Shown here: in pieces, positions 1 to 6,815 of the stretch
Layout of the letters: each line of letters starts with the position of its first letter
Position numbering within the stretch: position 1 is the stretch's first letter
Origin: a virus
Lineage: Duplodnaviria; Caudoviricetes
DNA length: 43,344 nucleotides
Direction: 5' to 3' (one strand)
IMG/VR virus record: IMGVR_UViG_3300033434_000009
Coordinates: 1 to 43,344 of that record
Program-made: the position numbers and the translations under genes
The notes under the pieces: model-generated
Databases searched by the model: none
Told to the model about the DNA's origin: nothing
What the model saw: the letters and a program-made list of their open reading frames with translations, nothing else

Positions 1-127
1 TTTCCTTTGTACACTGAAACGCTTACGGTTGTTATTGTCATTCCACTTTGAGTTATTTTTGTTTCAGGATCCCAAGCCTTTCCGTTTATCACAACTTGAT
101 TCATGCGCTCACCGCTTTCTTTTGGCA
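1..127. repeat. Terminal direct repeat, copy 1 (circular assembly overlap)
   Basis: Identical to 43218-43344. The SSB ORF 5' end and the Erf stop are duplicated and join seamlessly across the ends. Confidence 0.97.
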
Positions 128-682
128 ATCTTGACAAAGTGACTTGCCATATTTCTTAATACTAAAAGCATGTACTCCTTGAGGTATTGACTTCTTACAC
201 GATTCACAAGCGTATACGTCCTGTTTAGGCTCTGTAAGCTGTTGTTTTGTCGTTTGTGTATTTGTATTACCACTATCTTTTTTACCGCTTATAGAAGCCT
301 TATTCCCATCATCGTCAGCGTCCCAAGCTACTCCTAATATTGCTGACAGTGCATAACGCCTAGCGTATGTTATCGCACTTCCTGCGCCCTGTGGATCGGT
401 TTTAACAGCATGTAGGGTTAATGGGTCAAACTCTATCCATTCACCGGAACTGTGCATCAATAAGGTTGTGATCGTGATATCCTGTCCGTTTCCACCCGGA
501 GACTGAATGAACGACAATCCGTTTTTAGATAGAACCGGACGAACTGCCGCAAGCAATCCGTCAAGTTCAACGTACTTGCTTTTGAAGAATGGGTTATCAC
601 TGTCTTTTACAGGGTCTTTTACTTCCGCTTGAAACTTTGCCAATGCAGAGGCTATTTCTTTAATTGACTCGCTTTTATTCAC
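101..682 (-). CDS. erf: ERF-family single-strand annealing recombinase with C-terminal Zn ribbon
   Basis: NPFFKSKY and DPQGAGSAITYARRYALSAILGVAWDADDDGN motifs; CxxC...CxxC tail; directly followed by SSB on the circle. Confidence 0.93.
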   Translation of the reverse strand: MNKSESIKEIASALAKFQAEVKDPVKDSDNPFFKSKYVELDGLLAAVRPVLSKNGLSFIQSPGGNGQDITITTLLMHSSGEWIEFDPLTLHAVKTDPQGAGSAITYARRYALSAILGVAWDADDDGNKASISGKKDSGNTNTQTTKQQLTEPKQDVYACESCKKSIPQGVHAFSIKKYGKSLCQDCQKKAVSA

Positions 683-694
683 TCTCCAGCCCTC

Positions 695-982
695 CTATCT
701 CACATACTTAATGCCGCTTCGTCCGCTATTGTTGTAATCTATTGGCTCTTTAAGCATTTTTCTGTAGCTTTCCATTCTGCGGCTAACTTCTTCTGTGTCT
801 TCCATATCCTTTTTACGCAAAAACTGTTCGCGTTCTTCTCCGGTTAACTTCAAATCGTTAGCTTCTCTTGACCACTCAACAGGCACTTCGCGAAACATTA
901 CCCAAGGTTTATCCCAGCCCATATATTCAGCTATTTTACACTCTTTCCAGTGATCATCAGCCCAAGCCATCTTATTCCGCAC
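695..982 (-). CDS. Hypothetical early protein
   Basis: ORF in the early operon overlapping the upstream gene end. Confidence 0.7.
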   Translation of the reverse strand: MRNKMAWADDHWKECKIAEYMGWDKPWVMFREVPVEWSREANDLKLTGEEREQFLRKKDMEDTEEVSRRMESYRKMLKEPIDYNNSGRSGIKYVR

Positions 983-1301
983 CTGCCAATCTTGCTATTC
1001 CCCTCGCCGTATCCTCTAGCCTATCGGCATATTCATAAACGTCACTACATTCGCAAGCCAAGCAATTTATAATGTCCTCAACATCATCATTCATTGGAAC
1101 TGAGCTTTTTAACATTTCTAAAAGTCTGTACATGTTGGAGTGAGTTTCTTTTAATCCTTCTACTTTATCCATAAGGCTACCGTCATACCGCACGTATTTA
1201 CGGCTATCTTGTATCACCTTGATAATTGTTTTAGATGTAACAAGGTTTATTTGTGGTTGTATAAAAGGTCTTATTGACCGTTCAATTACTGGGTTTAACA
1301 T
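972..1301 (-). CDS. Hypothetical early protein
   Basis: ORF with upstream AAGGGATG SD-like sequence, in operon orientation. Confidence 0.75.
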   Translation of the reverse strand: MLNPVIERSIRPFIQPQINLVTSKTIIKVIQDSRKYVRYDGSLMDKVEGLKETHSNMYRLLEMLKSSVPMNDDVEDIINCLACECSDVYEYADRLEDTARGIARLAGAE

Positions 1302-1385
1302 TTCACTTCATCCCTTTCTTATTGGTGTTAGTCCTTATTACAGGAGGTGTTTTTGGTATTAACGGTTGTGATTTTATCCGTATCA

Positions 1386-1414
1386 TTGTCTTACACTCTC
1401 CTTTGTGATATAAT
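1386..1414 (+). promoter_or_regulatory. Sigma-A-type promoter, antisense to the early operon
   Basis: TTGTCT(1386-1391)-17 bp-TATAAT(1409-1414) with extended -10 TG. Confidence 0.7.
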
Positions 1415-1420
1415 AATCGT

Positions 1421-1464
1421 AGAATATTTTTCCTAACGGGCCGCTCTTGCAGGAGCGGTTTTTT
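1421..1464 (+). ncRNA. Candidate ~45-nt antisense sRNA (OOP-like)
   Basis: Promoter immediately upstream; CCGCTC-ttgcag-GAGCGG-TTTTTT intrinsic terminator; overlaps the 3' end of the HTH gene. Confidence 0.5.
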
Positions 1465-1939
1465 CATGCACTAAATACGCAAATGTTGCTTGTATAATCT
1501 TTAGAAAAGCTACTCTTCCACGGCTATTGGTTAGTTGCTCATGTGGTTCAATCACATTGTCTTCTACTATTTTCCCCATCCTGTTTTCTAGCCTCTTAGC
1601 TTCTCCAATTCTCCTGTACACATCGGAGTAAATCTCGTAAATTGGTTTAGGCTCTACCGCTGGCAGTAACATCTTACCGACTTCGTTCTGGCGTAACCAT
1701 TCATAACCAATACGTGGGCAATCATAAAGGCGTACCATTTCGGCGACAATATCCTCCGGGGCAATATACTTTCCTGCTTCGTAAAATTGTAGTGTTCTTG
1801 TTTTGATGTGCAATTCTTCTGCTGCCTCTTCTTGCTTATAACCCGAAATTTTACGTGCGTTTGCTAATAGAAATCCGAAACTCTTATTCGTTGTACTCAC
1901 CTTCTTCGTTTGATACACTAAATATGCGGGGTAAATCAC
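1433..1939 (-). CDS. XRE-type HTH regulator with helical C-terminal domain (CII-like position); start uncertain
   Basis: ARKISGYKQEEAAEELHIKTRTLQFYEAG HTH motif. Confidence 0.8.
   Translation of the reverse strand: MIYPAYLVYQTKKVSTTNKSFGFLLANARKISGYKQEEAAEELHIKTRTLQFYEAGKYIAPEDIVAEMVRLYDCPRIGYEWLRQNEVGKMLLPAVEPKPIYEIYSDVYRRIGEAKRLENRMGKIVEDNVIEPHEQLTNSRGRVAFLKIIQATFAYLVHEKTAPARAAR
1891..1919 (+). promoter_or_regulatory. Sigma-A-type promoter, antisense to the early operon
   Basis: TTGTAC(1891-1896)-17 bp-TACACT(1914-1919) with extended -10 TG. Confidence 0.55.
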
Positions 1940-1985
1940 CCCTCCCCATTACAGCCTGTCCTTCTCCTGGGCGGGCTTTCTTTTT
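1926..1985 (+). ncRNA. Candidate ~60-nt antisense sRNA
   Basis: Promoter upstream; AGCCTGTCC/GGGCGGGCT stem (G-U pairs only on the plus strand) followed by TTCTTTTT. Confidence 0.45.
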
Positions 1986-2109
1986 ACCATAGCCACCGGA
2001 TAACCTGACCGGCAAAGTACATAACCGCTACTACTAAAAACCCTGCTGTAAACTGGTCAAATAAGCTTGTCTGTTGCCGTGGTTCGTGGCTTTCTATCTG
2101 TATTCGCAT
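1984..2109 (-). CDS. Small membrane peptide, 41 aa (not in ORF track)
   Basis: MRIQIESHEPRQQTSLFDQFTAGFLVVAVMYFAGQVIRWLW; GGGAGG SD; TGATG overlap with the upstream gene. Confidence 0.7.
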   Translation of the reverse strand: MRIQIESHEPRQQTSLFDQFTAGFLVVAVMYFAGQVIRWLW

Positions 2110-2348
2110 CAGCCTGCCTCCCTTAAGTAAGTTTTGTAATACCATTCGGCAAACACAGGTTCAACTTTCATAATTTCAGCAATTGATTCTTTATTAATTT
2201 CCCCGCTGTTAATAGCCTCTGCCGCTTCATAATATCCTTGGTCAACCTTAGATAATCTACGACATATTTCCTCATCAGTTAATTGACCATGTTTTAATGT
2301 GAAGTGGGCTATACAATAATCTGTTCTTTTTGTTTCAACCTTTGGCAT
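2109..2348 (-). CDS. Hypothetical protein
   Basis: AAGGCGGTG SD; tightly packed in the operon. Confidence 0.75.
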   Translation of the reverse strand: MPKVETKRTDYCIAHFTLKHGQLTDEEICRRLSKVDQGYYEAAEAINSGEINKESIAEIMKVEPVFAEWYYKTYLREAG

Positions 2349-2349
2349 A

Positions 2350-2571
2350 TTACACCGCCTTTATATTTCCTATTTGTATGCCAAGTTCAAAGCCTTGCAA
2401 AAATGCATCTTCTCTAGCTTTCTTCGTTTGTTCAAGCATCAAATTTATAAGTTTGTTATTATCAGTAGAACTTAAAGGCAACGATACTATAAATTCGCTT
2501 AATTTTTGTACTATTTCTAAATACTCTTTTGTTTGATTAATTTCTATTGCAGGTTCAGTTTCTGTTAGCAT
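2350..2571 (-). CDS. Hypothetical protein
   Basis: GAGAGGG SD; abuts the KilA-N gene. Confidence 0.75.
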   Translation of the reverse strand: MLTETEPAIEINQTKEYLEIVQKLSEFIVSLPLSSTDNNKLINLMLEQTKKAREDAFLQGFELGIQIGNIKAV

Positions 2572-3405
2572 CTATATCCCTCTCATAGATACTGCGCTAT
2601 GTATCCTGCTACCAATTACCGAATGAACATTAGCGCAAGCTGAATTACCAAATACATTGTTTTCCTTGATTCTCTCTGCGCTTACTTCCTCAGTTAAAGC
2701 AATTTGCAGTAGTTCTATTGAGCTAAGATGATCCCGTACTGATGCACTTTTAGGAAGATTTCTTTCCGCTTTAAATTCATGTGAAGTTTTACCGATTATT
2801 GCTTTATTGGTTTCAGTGGAACACATGGCGTAAATATTACCTGGGCCTCCTTGTCTGCTTGCCAATATTCCGTTTCGGTACTGATTGGTTAACTTAGTTC
2901 TAAACCTTGCGTCAATCCATTTGTCATCTTTACCTTTACGCCGATATGCGTTAATGGCCCGTTCCATTTTTAAATCAGGATTGCTTGCTTCTTCCATGTG
3001 GTCTTTAAAACATTGGTTGACAAACATGTGCAATTCTGGGGAAAGATACTTAGCATAGGCTAAAGCAATTTGCCAATGTGCCCAAGTGCCACCGTTACGG
3101 CCCCTAACTGTTTTTATAAAACCTCCTACCGAAGCACATTTAAAAACATCCTTAACCCATTCAGATAAATCCTTGATTTTACTACGTCCATGAGGTTTTG
3201 TTTTTAAACCTCCTACCGAATTGGGTTTTTCTTTTCTCATAACAGCAAGCACAAAATCCGCTGTTGGAGAATCATTTAACCAACGCCACACTTCTTGATT
3301 AGTTGGACTTCCTGCAGCTTTCCATAAATCGGTAAGACTAATTTTTTCTTTACCTTCAAAAGCTACTTGAATACCGTTGAACTCGCGTTTGATTAACTCA
3401 TTCAT
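2572..3405 (-). CDS. KilA-N domain protein (putative antirepressor)
   Basis: ISLTDLWKAAG and RGRNGGTWAHWQIALAYAKYLSPELH motifs; directly after cro. Confidence 0.9.
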   Translation of the reverse strand: MNELIKREFNGIQVAFEGKEKISLTDLWKAAGSPTNQEVWRWLNDSPTADFVLAVMRKEKPNSVGGLKTKPHGRSKIKDLSEWVKDVFKCASVGGFIKTVRGRNGGTWAHWQIALAYAKYLSPELHMFVNQCFKDHMEEASNPDLKMERAINAYRRKGKDDKWIDARFRTKLTNQYRNGILASRQGGPGNIYAMCSTETNKAIIGKTSHEFKAERNLPKSASVRDHLSSIELLQIALTEEVSAERIKENNVFGNSACANVHSVIGSRIHSAVSMRGI

Positions 3406-3407
3406 AA

Positions 3408-3656
3408 CTAAGCCCCCTTTTTATTATTTTTCTTTCGATTGGCATGTCTTTCACTGTCGTCAAAAAAAATATCAATAACTGACATATCTAACGCCCTAGC
3501 TATTTTTACCATCATACTTTTAGTTGGATCTTGTCTTCCGTTTTCAATAAAAGAAATAGTAGAGCGACTAACGCCTGCCAATATAGCTAACTCTGATTGA
3601 GACAAACGATATTTACGTCTAGCTTTAGCTAAAGCACATTTTATATTGATTGACAT
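3408..3656 (-). CDS. Cro-like XRE HTH regulator (start may be GTG 3665 or ATG 3656)
   Basis: LSQSELAILAGVSRSTISFIENG; divergent from the repressor; AAGGAGGTGA SD favours the ATG. Confidence 0.88.
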   Translation of the reverse strand: MSINIKCALAKARRKYRLSQSELAILAGVSRSTISFIENGRQDPTKSMMVKIARALDMSVIDIFFDDSERHANRKKNNKKGA

Positions 3657-3677
3657 GTTATTCACCTCCTTGTCTAT

Positions 3678-3760
3678 AATTTACCACTTTTTGATTAGCA
3701 TGTCAATGAAATTTTGAAAGAAATGCTAATCATTTATTATTTTGAATAACATGCTATACT
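3678..3760. promoter_or_regulatory. Lysis/lysogeny switch: divergent promoters and candidate operators
   Basis: Minus strand TTGACA-17-TAAATT; plus strand TGcTATACT (3752-3760); inverted repeat TGATTAGCAT(3692-3701)/ATGCTAATCA(3723-3732). Confidence 0.75.
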
Positions 3761-3781
3761 AATTTACAGGAGTGATGTTTT

Positions 3782-4267
3782 ATGGATAATTTGAATTCTA
3801 TTATTAAAGAAAGGCGAAAAGAACTTGGATTATCTACAAGAGAATTAGCCGTAAGGTCTGGTATTAGCCAAGGTTATATATCACAACTAGAAAAAGGAAT
3901 AGATATCCGTACCGGAAAATCAATTAGACCAACAGTTGATATTATCAATAAACTAGCAAAAGGTTTAAATGTAACTATTGATTATTTACTTGAAAAAGTT
4001 GACAAGCCTGATCATATATATGTCGAACCAGGTATACTTGGAGATGGTAAAGGTACTAGTGTATCATTATCCAAGCAAAGGGAATATGCTGCTGCTATTG
4101 CCGCTGGAGCGAAAGAAAATAACGCTAATGATAAACCCCTATATGTCAAATTAGACCGTATAGTCAAGAATATGCCAGAAAAAGAAGTTGAGCAAGTTTT
4201 AAATTTTGCAAAGTATATCAATATGAAAGGTAAAGACAGATTGCCTGATGACGACGACGATTTCTGA
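3782..4267 (+). CDS. CI/ImmR-like XRE repressor
   Basis: IKERRKELGLSTRELAVRSGISQGYISQLEKG; no S24 autoprotease domain; followed by an ImmA-like gene. Confidence 0.9.
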   Translation: MDNLNSIIKERRKELGLSTRELAVRSGISQGYISQLEKGIDIRTGKSIRPTVDIINKLAKGLNVTIDYLLEKVDKPDHIYVEPGILGDGKGTSVSLSKQREYAAAIAAGAKENNANDKPLYVKLDRIVKNMPEKEVEQVLNFAKYINMKGKDRLPDDDDDF

Positions 4268-5018
4268 AATACCCGACTATTATTATATGAAAAAATTAGC
4301 TCATGATGTCCTTATGTCTCTAAAACATCCTGCGATACCCATCAAGGTTATGCCTATAGTTAAAGAATTATCTAATAAAGATCTTATTGCTCATACATTC
4401 GAACAACATACTAAAATTGAAAACTTAGATTACAATACATTTTTATTGAATGCCCCCAGCCAAGATGGTACACTACACTATTTACCTGACCACAATTCTT
4501 ATGTACTTCTTTATAATAATAATATTCAAAAAGAAAGAAAGACTTGGACAATAGCACATGAATTAGGACATTATTTTGGTAACCATGAAATTAAAAAGTA
4601 CAATTATTTAAACAGTACAGGCGAAAAAAAAATCCCTGAAGAACTAAACATCGTTCTTGAACAAGAAGCCAATTGTTTTGCAAAAGAAATATTAGCACCA
4701 ACCTCTTTAATACAGCTTATGATGGGTTTATTTCAAATATATGATTTCACAGGTATTTATACTATATTAAGATCTTTATTCCGACTTAGCAAAGAAGCAT
4801 CTTACAATATTGCAACTAATATATGTAAACTAAATTCCCCTAGTTATTCCAAGAAATTATGTTTAAAATACGAATCCGAAATAATAAAGTATTACAACCT
4901 TTTTGAAAATCGAAGTTTTTTTAATACTTTATTACGACAATATGAACATGAAATAGATTCTAGAGATTTCAAAAAACGTTTAATACTAAACCCTATTGAT
5001 TTTTTTAATTATTGTTAA
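4248..5018 (+). CDS. ImmA/IrrE-family zinc metallopeptidase (anti-repressor protease)
   Basis: RKTWTIAHELGH (HExxH) and EQEANCFAKEILAP motifs. Confidence 0.92.
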   Translation: MTTTISEIPDYYYMKKLAHDVLMSLKHPAIPIKVMPIVKELSNKDLIAHTFEQHTKIENLDYNTFLLNAPSQDGTLHYLPDHNSYVLLYNNNIQKERKTWTIAHELGHYFGNHEIKKYNYLNSTGEKKIPEELNIVLEQEANCFAKEILAPTSLIQLMMGLFQIYDFTGIYTILRSLFRLSKEASYNIATNICKLNSPSYSKKLCLKYESEIIKYYNLFENRSFFNTLLRQYEHEIDSRDFKKRLILNPIDFFNYC

Positions 5019-5029
5019 TAAAGGCAGCA

Positions 5030-5063
5030 AAAGACACAGCACATTATTAGGCTGTGTCTTTAT
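5030..5063 (+). terminator. Hairpin/terminator after the ImmA-like gene
   Basis: AAAGACACAGC-10 nt-GCTGTGTCTTT perfect 11-bp stem. Confidence 0.6.
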
Positions 5064-5080
5064 ATAAAGGGAGGGGTATT

Positions 5081-5818
5081 ATGAGAAAGGTTGTATTGAT
5101 TATAACCATGCTATTATCATGCTTGACAATTACGGTATATGCAAACGACTTTATATGTACAAAAAACAATATTTCCTATAGTGTTAATATGGATAATATT
5201 AGTATTTACGACGATATTCTTGTTTTTAATATGATTATTGATAATCCACAAGATAAAGATTTAAAAGTTGTTGAAATTGCAGTAAATAATAAAACTAACG
5301 AATTTAGGTTTGATAATGGTACTAGGTACGATAAAAAGACAAACTTACGGATTGATTCAGAAGATAAACCTACTCGCTGGAGTCCTATCGAAGAAGGAAG
5401 TGTTGCTAAAAAAGCTATTGATTATGTAAAAAATAATTATAAAGAAACGCCTCCCGTTATATATAAAGGCAGATGGGCATTAGCAAATGACAGCAAAGAT
5501 GCAAAAACATATTTTGATGTATATACATACTACGTTGTACCTATTAATAATCAGTTGTGTGTAAACTGTTGGCTAAGAACTGAAACTCCTAAATTTGATG
5601 CTGTTGAGCATATTATATTTAAAATTGATGATGTGTCTTATATATCTAAAGAAGTTAAGATTTACGATAAAAATGGTAACTTAAAAGAGAGCGTAGATTC
5701 TACAGAAAAAGGTTGGGAACAAACTACTCCTGGTTCAAAACGAGAAAAAGACCTTAAGGAAATTGTAATATGGATAGACAAGCATCATAATTCTTATCCA
5801 GCTAGAACAATAGACTAA
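5081..5818 (+). CDS. Secreted two-domain protein (surface-adhesin-E-like repeats), lysogeny moron
   Basis: Signal peptide MRKVVLII...VYA; two internal repeats ending WSPIEEGS and WEQTTPGS; AGGGAGGGG SD before ATG 5081. Confidence 0.7.
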   Translation: MRKVVLIITMLLSCLTITVYANDFICTKNNISYSVNMDNISIYDDILVFNMIIDNPQDKDLKVVEIAVNNKTNEFRFDNGTRYDKKTNLRIDSEDKPTRWSPIEEGSVAKKAIDYVKNNYKETPPVIYKGRWALANDSKDAKTYFDVYTYYVVPINNQLCVNCWLRTETPKFDAVEHIIFKIDDVSYISKEVKIYDKNGNLKESVDSTEKGWEQTTPGSKREKDLKEIVIWIDKHHNSYPARTID

Positions 5819-5830
5819 GGAGATGATATT

Positions 5831-6511
5831 ATGAAAAAAACTATTTTATTAGTTTGTATATTGTTATTATTGTGTAATATTGCTTACGCTGCAAAATGGG
5901 AACAAGCATTAATAGATCTTAAAGGAAACACTTTTTATGTTGATGTAAGTGACATTAATTATTCAAAACAAAAAATAACTTTCTGGACAAAACAAGAGAA
6001 TGTTGACCCTTTTAAAAACAACGGCGCCAAAACTCTTATATGGAAATCAGTAGTTGATTTAAAAAACTATAAATGTAGAATATTTAATGGAACAACTTAT
6101 TACGAAGATGGAACTGTAAAAACTATTCCGTTAGGTAATGAATATGATATTCAATTTACTTCAAACATCTCTTACATTTTAGGGAAAGCAATCGTTTCTT
6201 GTATGAATAAGCAAGCCTGGACTCAAGTTAACGATTCATCTTTTTCTAATCAATATAAAGACTTAGATGGGACAATTATATATTTGGAAAAATCTTATCT
6301 TGAAAATGGAGATGTTAGTTACGGTTTAATTAGCTTCAACCCTAATAATAGAATTATGAATATTTATACAGTTGGAAGTTACAATAGTAAAGATCAAAAT
6401 TATTATTCTGTTTTTCTCGGCAACCCGGCAATTAATCCACCTTTAAAAAAAGGTGTTCCATCTGATATTGTAGTTGAAGAAGTAATGAAAAATTTACCGC
6501 CAGATAACTAA
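5831..6511 (+). CDS. Secreted protein, similar adhesin-E-like fold
   Basis: Signal peptide MKKTILL...AYA then KW...TFYVDVSDI...FWTK pattern; AAGGAG SD. Confidence 0.7.
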   Translation: MKKTILLVCILLLLCNIAYAAKWEQALIDLKGNTFYVDVSDINYSKQKITFWTKQENVDPFKNNGAKTLIWKSVVDLKNYKCRIFNGTTYYEDGTVKTIPLGNEYDIQFTSNISYILGKAIVSCMNKQAWTQVNDSSFSNQYKDLDGTIIYLEKSYLENGDVSYGLISFNPNNRIMNIYTVGSYNSKDQNYYSVFLGNPAINPPLKKGVPSDIVVEEVMKNLPPDN

Positions 6512-6515
6512 ATAT

Positions 6516-6544
6516 TTTACAACCGGGAATACTTTAGGTATAAT
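6516..6544 (+). promoter_or_regulatory. Promoter for the candidate antitoxin RNA
   Basis: TTTACA(6516-6521)-17 bp-TATAAT(6539-6544). Confidence 0.8.
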
Positions 6545-6559
6545 GGTGATAGAATATAT

Positions 6560-6596
6560 AAACCAAAACGCCCTGCTAGTAACAGGACGTTCGGTT
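6560..6596 (-). terminator. Terminator of the candidate toxin mRNA
   Basis: Minus strand AACGTCCTG...CAGGGCGTT-TTGGTTT; the G-U pair forms only on the minus strand. Confidence 0.6.
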
Positions 6597-6608
6597 GAAT
6601 ACTGGAGG

Positions 6609-6701
6609 CTACCTAAACCAAAGCGTGATATGTTCTGGCCTTAGCAAGATTATTGTTATAGCAATAATCAGCCAGATAATCACTCGTGGAGAAATCCACA
6701 C
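6609..6701 (-). CDS. Candidate type I toxin, 30-aa single-TM peptide (not in ORF track)
   Basis: AAGGGAGGTGA SD, 5 nt, GTG; MWISPRVIIWLIIAITIILLRPEHITLWFR; own promoter and terminator. Confidence 0.75.
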   Translation of the reverse strand: MWISPRVIIWLIIAITIILLRPEHITLWFR

Positions 6702-6754
6702 GATCGTCACCTCCCTTATTCAGTTTGGGAGAGCTTGTTCCTCTCCCAAAAACC

Positions 6755-6783
6755 ATTATAACAAAAGCCGGTTGGTTGTCCAA
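6755..6783 (-). promoter_or_regulatory. Promoter for the candidate toxin
   Basis: Minus strand TGGACA-16-TATAAT with extended -10 TG. Confidence 0.7.
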
Positions 6784-6798
6784 CGGCTTTTTATTTTT
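6763..6798 (+). terminator. Intrinsic terminator upstream of the integrase
   Basis: AAAAGCCGgTTGG-ttgt-CCAACGGCTTTT followed by TATTTTT. Confidence 0.8.
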
Positions 6799-6815
6799 AC
6801 ACAAGTGAGGTTATT

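Larger units (their letters stand above)
6551..6798 (+). ncRNA. Candidate type I antitoxin RNA (up to ~245 nt)
   Basis: Near-consensus promoter, no credible ORF, ends at a strong terminator; fully antisense to the hydrophobic peptide gene. Confidence 0.6.

Noticed and set aside
1-127. Biological terminal repeat
   Set aside because: Exactly 127 bp and cutting through genes, which matches an assembler k-mer overlap on a circular contig.
3782-5018. Arbitrium or other peptide-signalling switch
   Set aside because: No TPR/RRNPP receptor or short secreted pro-peptide; the module is a standard ImmR/ImmA-like pair.
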